A DNA stretch of 64,000 nucleotides. It comes from the human T2T-CHM13v2.0 reference genome, Homo sapiens. This document shows, in pieces, positions 26,136 through 42,130 of this stretch (position 1 is its first letter; every line of letters starts with the position of its first letter). The translations under genes were made by a program, and so were the position numbers. The notes under the pieces were generated by a model. The model worked only from the letters and a program-made list of their open reading frames with translations. It ran no database searches and was not told the DNA's origin. The stretch lies in assembly GCF_009914755.1 (NCBI RefSeq), contig NC_060944.1; one strand, given 5' to 3'.

Positions 26136-26575
26136 CAAGTTATTTATCAATAGGTGATCATTTGTAATGATTTGTTAATAAAGGAATTAGAAAATCTTGC
26201 CTTCCATGATCCTTAATCTACTTGCAAGACCTCATCCCCTTTAGTATAAACTTATCCAAGACCTACGGTCAAGTTGGAAGAGAGGCAGGTGTGATTTTGT
26301 GGGGAAAGCTTCCTGGGCCCCAGCAATAGGAGACTGAATTTTCTTCTTTGTTCTGCTACTAATCAGAAGCTCAACTCTGGGCCAGTTGTACTCTCTTTTT
26401 TGTTTACATTTCCAATTGCAAAAGTAAGGAGTTGTACTAGATTTTTCTGTGCTCCTGTCTAGTCCTAATACTATATAAATGGGACATTGACAGTAAATTG
26501 AACATCTTCAGTAGGACCAGGACTAGAGTCAGGCAAGAGCTGCATCTAGGGTACAGCATTTAAGAAGCTGTGCGC

Positions 26576-26887
<312 letters not shown>

Positions 26888-27316
26888 TCAGGATTGTCCA
26901 AATTTTCATTCTGTATTTCCACAACCCTAACAAGGAGCCACTTGGAAGACACTGGGAATGAGGGCCTCCATGAATTTTATGCCCTCCATAATTCTCTTGC
27001 CATATCCTAGTTCTGGTCCTGACCCTCAATGAGATAAGTCGGCATGACCCATGTGGGGGCTGTGATGAACTGGCACAGGGCGTCTTGCATTTGAGTATGC
27101 ATTCGAATCCCCTGGGAATATTGTTCATTCTCATTCAGAGGTTCTGGTATGGGGCTTGGGATTCTGCCTTTCTAACAAGCTCCCAGATGATGCTTGTGCT
27201 GGTGCATGGGCCACATTTTTCATGTCAAGGAACTAGAATGTAGCAGCTTTGTCCAAAAAAGCAACTCACCTTCATACATTGCCATGTGGGAATTCAGTCC
27301 CCAGAGTGCTCAATGT

Positions 27317-27613
27317 CTTTTTTTGTTTTTTTTTTTGTTTTTGTTTTTGGGACATAGTCTTGCTCTGTCACCCAGGCTTGATAGTGGCTTACTGCAACAT
27401 TTGCGTCCCAGGCTCAAGCAATTCTTGTGCCTCAGCCTCCTGAGTAGCTGGGAATACAGGTACACACCACCACGCCCAGCTAAGTTTTGTATTTTTAGTA
27501 GACATGGGGTTTCACCAAGTTGGCCAGGCTGGTCTTGAACTCCTGACTTCAAGCAATCTGCCCACCTCAACTTCCGAAGTGCTGGCATTACAGGTGTGAG
27601 CCACCATGCCTTG
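27317..27613 (-). mobile_element. Alu (J or old S)
   Basis: Antisense dimer; TSD caatgtctt. Confidence 0.92.
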
Positions 27614-27959
27614 CCCCAATGTCTTGATTAGTCAGAAGAGACACTAGAAATCTGTGGTGTAATATGAAGTCTCTGAAAATGGGCAAAGAAATAGCAAGAT
27701 CTCAGAATCAATTTAACAACAAAGTCAACATCCCTGTCCCCACACCAGAAATGTTAGCCTAAAAAAGGATGACAGAGTTAGACTCAATTTCATTTCTCAG
27801 GGTGTCCTTGCTTGAGTTGACATGCAGTGATGGATCAGTGGCTCCCCTATTCTCTTCCATCCTTTTTGCCCACTGTGTCTCTACTAGTAATTTTCATCTT
27901 TGTTTTTTAGCATATCTCCCCTTCTCTCTTTCCACTCCCCAGCTCCTTACATGCCTCAA

Positions 27960-28830
27960 AGCTTCTCTGGAATAGACAGCTGTCTCCTTTGTCAGCCCAA
28001 CATCCATTTGTTCTCCTTCTGGCATCAGCCTGTTTTGTTTTGAAGATTTATTCTCTCCCCACATTCAGCTCATGGGATTCAAACCAGACTGCACCTTCCT
28101 GTACCCATGGCTCCAGTAGGAACCAGGCCCAAGTTGGCCGATCAGGGTATTCTATCACCCCAGCTCCAGTGATTGGCTGAGGAATGAGCACATTACCCAG
28201 GCAGGATGGATTACCTTTCTTGCCCAGCCTGAGTTATTGGAAAAAGCGAGCCCTTTCCCTTGGAATTGGAAAACTGGCAATAATGATATCTAACACTTAC
28301 TGAGTGTTTACTCTCTACCAGGCACTGCTTTAAGAACATGCTTTTACATGAATTATCTCTTTAATCCTTACAACAATCCTGTTTTGTATGTACTTTTATT
28401 GTCATCATTTCACAGATGGGGAAACTGAGGCACAGAGAGGTTAGAGATATGCCTGAAGCCACACAGCTTGCAAGTGGTGGATCTGGGATTTGAACTTGTC
28501 GATCTGGCTGCAGAGCTGAGCTCTTGGAGACTAGGTTTTACTGCCTAGTAGCATGTAAGCCTGGAACTGCCGGCAGTCATTTTGTAAGTTTGCCGAGTGA
28601 ACCTCAATGAGCATGAAGCAGAGAGGAAAGCAGTACTAAGAGATGCAAAAGAGTCTGTGTTCCAGCAATGGGATCTGAAGTCCTGGATCAAACCTTACCT
28701 GGAGACAAGATTTACCCATCAGACATGCCAGTTATAAGACCCAAATTTACCCTTTTTGGGGGATTGAGTTTGAATGAGTATTTTTGTTTGTTTGTTTTGG
28801 CATCAGAAAGACTCCTGATTAATACACAGT
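27960..28830. mobile_element. MLT1 LTR fragments flanking a MIR (about 28280-28545)
   Basis: cagtgattggctgagg...acccaggc and tcctggatcaaaccttacctgg; MIR core cagatggggaaactgaggcacagagagg. Confidence 0.6.
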
Positions 28831-28922
28831 GTGACGCTGACCAAGATGCTTCCTTTCTCTAGGACTCAATTTTCTTATCTGTAAAGTAAAGGGTTCATCA
28901 ACATTCTTTGGTTGAATCTTAC

Positions 28923-28984
28923 CTGAAACATTTTGTGAGCCTTCACCAATCTCATCTAAGCCTTTGTTTCCATAGAACAAAGCC
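28923..28984 (-). pseudogene. Relic exon candidate (62 bp), ALFYGNKGLDEIGEGSQNVS
   Basis: Minus strand: ctttcccctcctttcttaAAG| acceptor, CAG|GTAAGA donor, open frame. Confidence 0.55.
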
Positions 28985-29781
28985 CTTTAAGAAAGGAGGG
29001 GAAAGTGTCATGGAGTCTTACTGTCCTGAGTGCAAATATGGTCTCTGTATTGTCCTTATCTGTTCATTTTCTGCCTCTCAGTACTAGAATGAAAACTCTG
29101 GAAGAAGAAGGAATTTTGTCTGATTTTCTTACTGCTGTATCCTCAGTATTTTGAACTGTTTCTAACTCAGAGTACAATCTCAAAATTTTTTTTGATTTTC
29201 ATATATCTGTATATATATTTGTTAAATGAGTGAAGAAATCCTTATATGTCTTTATGGATAACAAGCTGGCTTGGGCATGGTTTTCAGTTTTGGGTCCTTC
29301 CTTTTGTGCGGGAGTGGTTATGGATGGTATTTGTTCCTCTCTGCTTCATAATTCTCTCATCCATTTTTGACTTAATGGACAGAAACAATAGATGAATAAA
29401 ATGGAATCATCTCTGAACAAAACACAGGGTTTTAATGCTTCTTAAATCCTGTAACATATTATCTCTTCTAAACTCACAGTAAGCAGTTAAGTTCTTATGA
29501 TGGATGAATTTCAGTTTCAAATGATATAAGAGAGGACTGTGTCTTACTTTCCTTCCTATTTTACTTATATTTCAATATCTTAGTAGAGCTATTACGTGAA
29601 ATTGATCCCCCAGCATTAGGAAACAGGATGTTGCTGACACTGTTATATGCTATTATATAATGTACTATTATTTGTCATTTTTGTCATGACATCCAGCCCA
29701 AGCTTCTCTCTTGCAAATAAACCTCATTTTTGTTTTGGGTGGCAATGTGCTCAGATCCAGGTAATAATAAAGACTATAGTA

Positions 29782-30073
<292 letters not shown>

Positions 30074-30504
30074 ATATGATGATAATAAAATAAAATGACC
30101 ATAGTAGCTATCACTTGAGTATTTTTTCCTATGTTTTAGGCACTCTTCTAAGCCAGAAACATGCATTTTATGTATTTGACATATGAAGGCATGGATTGGG
30201 ATTAGGATCAGCCAGTCATGCTGTCACCAACCCTGAATTCCAGGCAGCTAAGTGTGGCCATGATGTTCCCCTGCCCAGTAAGAGGCTATGCAGCAGGTGG
30301 ACTGGAGAAGAAGTGGGCTTTGCTTCCAGCTTTGCAACCTTGGAGAATTTATTTAGTGTCTCAATAGCTAAGGTTTTGTTTTGTTTTGTTTTGTTTTTTC
30401 CTTTTCTTAAATCTCTGAAATGGGGTTAATAATACTTACCTCACAGAGTTGTTGCAAAGGTTAGATGAGCTAACGCATGTGACACACTTAGAAAAATGCT
30501 TGAC

Positions 30505-30726
30505 CAGTGCTTCTCAACTGAGACAAGTCTGCCTCCCAGGAGACATTTGGCAATGTCTGGAGACACTTGTGGTTGTCACAGCTAGGGTGGGAGTGGAGCA
30601 GGTGCTTCTGGCACCTAGTGAGTGGAGGCCAGGGATGGTGCTAAGCATTCTACAATGTACAGGACAGACCCTACAACCAAGAACAATCTGGTCCCGAGTG
30701 TCAATAATACAAAGTGGGAAATCCTG
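30505..30726 (+). mobile_element. MER20 inserted in a MIR
   Basis: cagtgcttctcaac...gacatttggcaatgtctggagac. Confidence 0.88.
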
Positions 30727-31477
30727 GCCTAGACCTTAATAAACACTCAGAGTATGGGAGCTGCTTGAGGGCTGCCTAGAACATAACCTCCAGAAGAGCA
30801 GAGAGATGTTGCTTTTTTCCCTGCCCTATCCCTGGAGCTTAGATTAGTGCTTGGCACATAGTAGTTTCTCAATAAATATGTGTTAAATGAATGAATGATA
30901 GATACAATGACCCTTGGAAAATTTTTGCTGTCATGACTATTCCATCCTCCTCTGGTTTCATCCTACTTTGGTCTCAGTCATTATAAGTTGTTACAGGAGC
31001 CATTTACCATCATGGTACCCAACATGCTGATGGAAGAGGCAAAGGCTAGAAGGAATCTGGGCCTCTGATGACCTTGTCAGCCACTGCACTGGCCTGGACT
31101 ACCGGATGCCAAGGTTTTCAGCCTATAAAAAAATGGCCACTATTACACAGGTTTCTGTGACATGCAGACAAAAACATTCATAACTAATAACCAGAAAGGA
31201 CAGCATCTTCTCTTGGGTTTATGACATGAATTTACTGTCTCAAACCCACTGAAGAAAACAACCCCATTGGTTAGTTCATTTCCAAAGGCTCTGCTTATCA
31301 TCAGATAAGCTGAAATTAAATTTTTTGTATTTGGCAACTGTGCTCCAATATTTAAATGCCAACACTAAATGTTCTAACAAAAGTGGAAATATTGTGCCAC
31401 TTTTTGGAAGTGCTTGGCAGCTAACAAACTTATCCTGGCATAAACTCTAGGAAGTTGTCTTAATTTTCAAAATTACT

Positions 31478-32272
31478 CATATGAAGAAGACATACATGTG
31501 GCCAACAAGCATATGAAAAAAAGCTCAATATCAGTGATCATTGGAGAAATGCAAGTCAAAACCACAATGACAGTCAGAGTGGCTATGATTAAAAAGTCAA
31601 AAAATATCAGATGCTGGCAAGACTGTGGAGAAAAGGGAATGCTTATGCACTGTTGGTGGGAGTGCAAATTAGTTCAACTACTGTGGAAAGCAGTGTGGCT
31701 ATTCCTTAAAGAGCTAAAAACAGAACTACCATTGGGCTGAGCCATCTCATTACTGGATATATACCCAAAGGAATATAAATCCTCCTACTATAAAGACACA
31801 TGCACACATATGTTCATTATAGTTCTATTCACAATAGCAAAGACATGGAATCAACCTAAATGCCCATCAGTGATAGACTGGATAAAGAAAATGTGGTACA
31901 CACACACCGTGGAATACGATACAGCCATAAAAAGAATGCAATCACATCCTTTGCAGGAACATGGATGGAGCTGGAGGCCATTATCCTTAGCAAACTAATG
32001 CAGAAACAGAAAACCAAATATTGCATATTCTCATTTGTAAGTGGGAGTTAAATGATGAGAATGCACGGACACAAAGAGGGGAACAACTCACACTGGGGCT
32101 TACTTGAGGATGGAGGATGGGAGGAGAGAGAAGAGCAGAAAAAGTAATGATTGGGTACTAGGTTTAGTACCTGGATGACAAAAGAATCTTCACAACAAAC
32201 CACCATGACACAAATTTACCTATATAACAAACCTGCACGTGTACCCATGAACCTAAAATAAAAGTTTTAAAA
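31478..32272 (+). mobile_element. 5'-truncated L1PA/PB (ORF2 C-terminus and 3' UTR)
   Basis: RCWQDCGEKGMLMHCWWECKLVQ is the L1 ORF2p Cys-rich end; TSD aaaattactcat/aaagttacccat. Confidence 0.92.
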
Positions 32273-32599
32273 AGTTACCCATGTATTTAATGCATGTTTG
32301 TTGAAGGCTTAAGATAAGTCCAAGATGGGACAGGGAGTAGGGTATAACAAGAAGAAAACGGAGCTAAGTTCGGTTCTCTGTCCTTGTAAAACTGACAGGC
32401 TGAAAGGAAATGTGGATATGAAATTACCAGTGCAGTGAGTGTCATGAAGAAGCACAAAGGTCTAAACAACACTTACTGGGAGTCTCTAAGCTACTCAAGA
32501 GATCAGGAAGGGACTTTCCTGAGAAGCTGAGATCTGCATTACGATGTCAAGAGGCAGTATGAGACAGTGGCTATTAAGGTTCTGGGGTAAGATTATGAA

Positions 32600-32888
<289 letters not shown>

Positions 32889-33097
32889 TAATGAGCTTTT
32901 GAGTTCCCCTATTACCTATTCCTAGATGGATGATCTTGAATAATTAATTGCCAAAAGGCTTGATACCTTATTTATTAAAATAATACTTCATAGGGTTAGT
33001 GTGAAAATTAAATTGGATAATAGTGTAAACTTGCTGTAAGCCTCAAATATTATAAGCCTTCAAGAAGTGTTAGATTTGTAATTATTAAAAATTCACA

Positions 33098-34705
<1,608 letters not shown>

Positions 34706-35047
34706 CATTAAATAAACTTGATCCTTAGATCCATATGATCTTCAGGCGAAAATCTCTTCGTGGCCATGAAAGTTTTACTTTTGGTGTATTTGTACATTTT
34801 CTCCTATGATACAGGGAGAGACGTAGTTCAATAGGTTTTCCTTTTTGTCTCGACAACTAGGAAAGGCAAAGTTACATTCAATGGTCAGTGTTGCTGTAGC
34901 TCTGATGTATAATAATGTCTTATTTGCTGTTCTTTCTCTCTCTGTCATGATTCTATATATAATTGTCTCATTTGTATTATGCTTAATTTAGTGAACTACC
35001 TCACATTTTAGGCAGTGAGTGGGTTGCAAATAAAAATAATGAATGCA

Positions 35048-35410
<363 letters not shown>

Positions 35411-35875
35411 TTAACCAACATGGGCAACACCATTGGTGGTGGTTGTCATATACACACATACGTATGCAAGCGTGTATGTGTTTTGATATATTAGATATGC
35501 AGATATAGGTGTCAACATGAATTCTCAGCTGAAAAATAGGAGTAGCTAGTGAAAATTTGTGGCTAGATTTAAATCTCTAGAAACTGTTCTTTAGAAAGGA
35601 CACATTAATGCAAAGTAAATTTTACTAGGAAGAACTAATAATTCTCCTGTTATAAACCATACAACATTATTAGGGAGTTAAGTTTAGATTACTTTAAAAT
35701 ACTTGTGGTTGGGGTTCTATGATTTAGACACAATTGTTTCTTTCAAAATTATTTCTCATGACCTCACTATAACTTCAAGGATATCTAATGCCTAAGGAAT
35801 CAGATCAAAGATGCCACTTGAAATTTCAAAATAGGATACTAAGATATTCCACTGTAGCCTTCTGGCAGCAGTTAC

Positions 35876-36234
35876 ATGAGTTCCCTTTCTATCTTTGAAA
35901 ACTGGTCTTGCCATCTCATAAAGAAGAGTGTGAAATTGAACTTGCAATTAAAAAATAAGCTTCGTTTTTCCCCTCCTCTCCACAAACCTCTCGACACAAC
36001 CAAATTGAGGGTCATCAGGAAACAGAAGGAAGAGAATGCTGTAAGATTTCAAAGATGCCTGGTAGGAATATTTCTTAATTGAGCCGTGCTTTCGAGCTGC
36101 GTGGAATTGTTCTTATTAAAAATTAAGAACAGCAGAGAAGAACATGGGAAGCTCTTCGAGATTAGAGCTTCGTGAGATTTACTTAAAAGGCTTTCATTAG
36201 GCACTGGGGTTTCTGAAGCGTATTAAAACCCTAC
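35876..36234 (-). pseudogene. Relic exon candidate, CpG-retaining, contains LQHSLPS
   Basis: atattttgtaTAG| acceptor, |GTAACT donor; frames broken by stops and frameshifts. Confidence 0.35.
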
Positions 36235-36534
36235 CTATACAAAATATATGGTGCTCTAGCTTTTAGCCCCTTTTCCTAAGAAATATAAAACATGGGCGCT
36301 TAAAACAGGAATAGGAAAAGAATATTTTCACAGCGTTCTTTGAAATAAGGTCTACGTGTTCCGATGAGGAAATAATTAGCCCTTTTGTTCTTCTCTCTTT
36401 CCCTTCCTTCGTTTTTCGCTGCCTTTGTCAACGCAGGTTAGCACAGGTCCTAGCTGGGGTTTGGTTCTTTATTTTGTTATTATTATATTTTAAAAATCAA
36501 TTTTCTATCTTGGGTGAATGGAGGAAAGGTTTTC

Positions 36535-36700
36535 AGCAGGGCTTCTCAAACTTTAATGCGCACATGAATCACCTGGGATCCTGTTAAAATGCAGATTCTG
36601 ATTTAGTGGGTCTGGGGATGGGGCCTGGGGTTCCGCATTTCTAACAAGCTTCCAGGTGGATGTCAATGCTGCTGATCTGTGGACTGTTCTAGAATAGCAA
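36535..36700. mobile_element. MER5A
   Basis: ttctcaaactttaatgcgcacatgaatcacctggg...gcatttctaacaagct. Confidence 0.85.
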
Positions 36701-38421
36701 AGAGATCCAGTAGCCCCTAAATTAAATCGTATGTATCCAATTCCTTTAAAGAAGGTAGGGATGGACTGACTGGGGGAAGAGTGGGGATAGAAAAAAAGGA
36801 GAAGAATAAATAAAAACAAAACCCACCATACACACAAATATAAACAGCCTAATTATCTACATTGCTTCAGTTTGATGATTTATCATTCCCGAGTAATTGA
36901 TGCCGATAATACAAATTTTGTCATATTTTTGTAATACAACTTGGCTTTTGGTAAAGCAATTGGAGTTCAAATACATGATCCTTTAAAGTGCTGAATATGG
37001 AACACGCATGTGCACGTACACCCACACACCCACACACACAAACACACACACACACACACAATGTTGCCAGTCAGAGCTGCCTGCTCTTCTGTATATGTGA
37101 GGCCTCATAATTTTCCCCGAAGGATACAAATAACCATGTCGTTAAACATAAGAGTTTTGCCATAGGCAGGGCAGGGGATAGAGGACTGATATTCAACAGA
37201 AATTTCAACACTGTGGCCTCGTACCTCACTTGGGGAGCTGGGGTTCAGGAAGAATTCCTTCAACAATAAGATCAAGTGAAAAGATTCATTGGAAAGTATT
37301 GGAAGTATTTTGCAAACTATGGAGTGTTGGATAAGTGCTACTTGCTATTATTTTTTCCTGTTTGCATTTGATTTGCTGTATTTTGTTTCATTTAAAAATA
37401 TCTTTTTGAGTTGTTGCTGGTTCATGCAATTCATGCTGGTTTTATTGTAATTTGCCAATATGCATCAAAACTAAAAATTAAAAGTGTTCGTATACTCCAA
37501 TCTAGCAAATCCATGGACTGAAATGAATTCTACCTAAACCCTTATGTAAATGTGGAGAGAGATATGTATGAGGAAGGTCATTGCATTATTGCTTGGATGG
37601 AAAAAAATCTGAAAACGCCTAAATGTCCTTCAATGGGACTGGCTCTGTGTGTAATGGCACACCCATAGAGTGAAATATTCTGTTGCTACAACCTCCAAAT
37701 GAGGTGCAACTGAAGTATGAGCGTAGAAAGATATCCTGAATATAAATGTAGTTATGTTTAAAAAGAAAAAAGGAAAAAGAAAACACAAAGAAGATGTCCT
37801 GAAATTGGGTTGTCCACTTGTCTGTCAAGCTTTATTTTGCTAGCCTGGTAAAACTCCTGACAAAAATAACACTAAAAGGGTAACAGCAGTGATCACTAGG
37901 AAAGGAATTAGAAGGAGGTACATTCTGTTTCTATTTTCATACTTTTCCTTGCTGTATTTCTGGAAAACGGAACATAAATAGAAAAGAGGACAGAATGGAC
38001 GAGTAACTAGAGGACTTAGATTTGGGTCCCAGTTTGGCTTGGCCGAATAATAGCTTTGGGCAAGTTACTTCACACCTCTGAGCATTTATGTCCTCAAATG
38101 TACAATGTGGATTGGGACAATACCACCCCATGGTTTTATTTCTTTGGAAGACTGAATGAAATGCATTAAGCACTTTGTCCTCCACAGAGAACCGAGAATG
38201 TCCTTGTTTCTTTTTGCTGCTCTAAACATCACTATGTGATTTGAGGACCCTGGCAATCAGTGCTGATACATATCTGGCTCGATGCACCCAAATCCATGAA
38301 GCTTTATACAGCCTTCCCCCACCCCACCTCTCCTCACCCTTTGACCCCTTCACAGACACTTTTCCCATCTCTATGGGTGTCCCCTAACAAAATGTCAGAA
38401 AGACCCATGTCGTTGACTTAC

Positions 38422-38583
38422 GCTTTTGTATTACCGTGAACCAATGTACTTTTTTCCCCAAGGCTATTTGCTCTTATATCTTATTCTGCAACATCTGCCA
38501 AAGAATTCTGTGATGAAAGAAATCTCAGCCCCAAAGCAACAAGCCAGGAGGAATTCAGGTAGGCAAGAGTCTTCTTGGGGTAC
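38422..38583 (-). pseudogene. Relic exon candidate (162 bp), YPKKTLAYLNSSWLVALGLRFLSSQNSLADVAE*DIRANSLGEKSTLVHGNTK
   Basis: tattttatgtccttTCAG| acceptor, |GTAAGT donor, length a multiple of 3, single stop. Confidence 0.55.
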
Positions 38584-39040
38584 CTGAAAGGACATAAAAT
38601 AGTGTTTGCCACTTGAGTCACTTCCAGTAAATATTGCTGGTCCATGAACCACCTATATTATTTTTTGACTAATTATTTTTCACAGACTCTATTTTAAACA
38701 ACTTAAGAATCCATGTTAAAAGAAAATAGTAATTAGTAATGAAAAATCCACATATAAGGTCTGCATTGATAAAAATAAATAAATAATAAAAATTTGAAAG
38801 TATACATCTGTATACCACCTAAAATAGTGTTGTCTCCTAGAGGGATACATTTACCACCCTTTGGACAACAGGTGTATAAAATATCTCCAGCTCATCCCAA
38901 TGATTCTTATTCTTCTTTGCATTCTCCCAGTGGACAAGAGACGCAAACGCATGAAGCACTTCGTGGGCTCTTGCAACAAAGCAATCCCGTTGCTCCAGAG
39001 TGAAACAGTCTCTTCCCAGGAGGGTAGACAATGTGCCTCA

Positions 39041-39430
<390 letters not shown>

Positions 39431-39669
39431 TTATTCAATGCTGTTGACTTTAAAAAACAGATTTCTTATTAGTTTCTGTTGAAAACAAAACAATCTTCTG
39501 TTTTCATATGTCAAACTCCTTTGTCCATTTGGGAAAATCACTTAAAAAAAAAGAGATAAATCCAACTCCTCCATTATCACAAGGTTTGAATTTGTACAAA
39601 GGATGAGAGAATTGAGGCTACAGCTCAGACTATTAGTGGAATTTGTAAAGGGAGAAAATTAACTGTTCA

Positions 39670-39706
39670 TCATATATATATATATATCTACATATATATA
39701 TATCTC

Positions 39707-39741
<35 letters not shown>
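39670..39741. repeat. (TA)n microsatellite
   Basis: Read directly. Confidence 0.95.
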
Positions 39742-39744
<3 letters not shown>

Positions 39745-40562
39745 CAGTAATGTCAGTACTAGAAGCCTTTTGTTCTTATTTAATTGTTGTAGAGTCTGCC
39801 TGACGAAAGTGCTGTGAAGAAGTTGTCAGTTCTATAAAATCAAAGGACTTGGATCCTGGCATTCTAAGAGCTGTCTAATTTAAGACCACCGAAATTCACA
39901 TAATGTTGTTAATTCCTATCATGCCTCCACAGTGGATTTTTTACCATATCTAAGTAGATCACAGGCTAAGACCAGGGAGAAATGAAAAAAAAATGCATAT
40001 ATGTGTATATGTATATCTGTATACACACAGAGACACATAGTAGCATGTATCATTTCAGCATGTTCTAGTTTGCAACAAATATGCAGAATACTAGACTGTG
40101 AGCTACCAAGTCTTCCAAATTCTGAGTATTATAATCCTTTTCTTGGTATAACTGACATAATTATTGTTTTCAATGAAATCAGAGATTTTCTTTAGGCAAT
40201 CTTTTTTCAAGAAAGAGATAGATATGTGCAAGCTTACAGCACACACACACACCTATCATATAATTATATTCTTTCTGAGTCTTTATACTCTGCTGTGATT
40301 TCCTTTATGTCTTATTGGGGGTTTCATCCAGCAATTGAATGACTGGAGGGAAAAAAAATAGAAATTTTTTGTCTGTCATAAACATCAGTGAGTTTGGATT
40401 ACAATTACCTTATGTACAAGTAGGTGTTTTTTCATACTTTAAATTTTGCATTTTTTAGATCTCTACCATCTCTTCATGTCTATTTGTCATAGATATTCAG
40501 TTTGCAGTGTCTATGAATTGTTTTGTTTTGGAAAATGAGATGTTTGGAGAAGAGGTCTATGT

Positions 40563-40564
<2 letters not shown>

Positions 40565-40614
<50 letters not shown>
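40565..40614. repeat. (GT)25 microsatellite
   Basis: Read directly. Confidence 0.95.
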
Positions 40615-40616
<2 letters not shown>

Positions 40617-40798
40617 TTTCCCTGCTCCAAGCATTTCATTCACCTGATTTTGATAAGACAGCCTCAAAATTTCGGTTAATGAATCATAGCTCCCACCACC
40701 CTCTCAGCTAAGGTAATTTGGTTTTAATGGGCCCCAAATAGGGTTGCCACATAAAATATAGAATGCCCAGTTAAATTTGAATATCAGATAAACAATAC

Positions 40799-40986
40799 TT
40801 TTTTTTTTTTTGACAGAGTCTCGCTCTGTCACCCAGGCTGGAGTGCAGTGGCATGATCTAGGCTCACTGGAACTCCACCTCCCTGGTTCAAGCAATTCCC
40901 CTGCCTCAGTCTCCTGAGTAGCTGGGATTACAGGTGCGCACTACCACGCCTGGATAATTTTTTTTGTATTTTTAATAGAGACGGGG
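40799..40986 (-). mobile_element. 5'-truncated AluS (right arm)
   Basis: TSD tactttt on both sides. Confidence 0.9.
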
Positions 40987-41048
40987 TACTTTTATAGTAC
41001 AACTATATCCCAAATATTGCATGGGACATATTACATCAGAAATAATTC

Positions 41049-41345
41049 AGCTGGGTGTGGTGGCTCATGCTTGTAATCTCAGCACTTTGAGAGGCTGAAG
41101 CAGGAGGATTACTTGAGCTCAGAAATTTGAGACCAACCTGGGCAACATAGTGAAACCCTGTCTCTACAGAAAAAAAAATAGCTGGGCATCTTGGTTTGCA
41201 CCTGTGGGCCCAGCTACGGGGCTGAGAGGCTGAGGTGGGAGGAACACTTGAGCCCAGGAGGTCAAAGCTGCAGTGAGTGGTGATCACACCACTGCACTCC
41301 AGCCTATGCAACAGAAAGAGACCCTATCTCAAAAAAACAAAAACC
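41049..41345 (+). mobile_element. AluJ
   Basis: Dimer with A-rich tail. Confidence 0.92.
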
Positions 41346-42130
41346 CCACAATTCATCATTTATCTGAAATTCACATATAAGTGGGCATCTTGTAGTTTTA
41401 TTCGCTGACTTGGGTAACCTGAACCCAGCCTTCAGCACCAAGGCCTAGACTCTCACTGGCCCGTTAGATCAGCAGTTCCACGGCCATTGAGAGCCAAGAC
41501 GAGAAGTTTTATTGGCTGCCTGAGGGAGAAACAGGATTTTCTTCCTCTGGATCTGAGGCTGAGGATCTCATGATTTGGGGTTGGTGTTGCAGCCACGTTG
41601 TGCCGTGGTAGATCAGCATGGAAGGATGGCACACAATGATAATGGTCGATAATGATAATAACAATAGTTACTGAGCACTTTCTATGTCCTGCTCCGAGTA
41701 AAGAATTTTAGCTCATTATTCTGTCTATAATCTTATGCTTGACTCTAAAGGTGAAGGTCAGGGTGAAATTTGCTAGGTTGAACCACAGCAATTTTCTGGC
41801 TCCATTTAGCAGTTTTCTCTCATGACCAGGTGAGATGGCTTAGTGATCACACCCAGGGACTCTGGCTTCTTCGCTTTTGCTCAGTCACAATCCTTAGCAT
41901 GAAGTTCTTGTCTTTAAGGCCACAAGGTAGCTGCTGCTCTTACCATGTCAGAACAAGGGGGAAAAGCTAGGCAGCCTTCTCCGGGAAGCCTGTGTCTTCT
42001 ACTCAGGAAGCCATTCCCAATATATTGGGACATTACCTTTTCATAATTTCTACAATTATTGCCTCACTTTACCAATGAAGCACCTGGAGCACAGAGATAG
42101 CAAGTAACTTGTTCCAAGGTTAACAATTAG

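Larger units (their letters stand above)
40740..41420. mobile_element. MER53 palindromic MITE split by two Alus
   Basis: agggttgccac...cccagttaaatttgaatatcagataaa / tcccaaatattgcatgggacata / tttatctgaaattcac...gggtaacct. Confidence 0.8.

Noticed and set aside
31473-32051. Protein-like ORFs with a Cys/His motif
   Set aside because: Frameshifted L1 ORF2p C-terminus of a truncated element, not a host gene.
38463-38557. Plus-strand exon-like segment (LFALISYSATSAKEF...)
   Set aside because: Largely isolated on the plus strand; it is antisense to a better-supported minus-strand exon with a GTAAGT donor.
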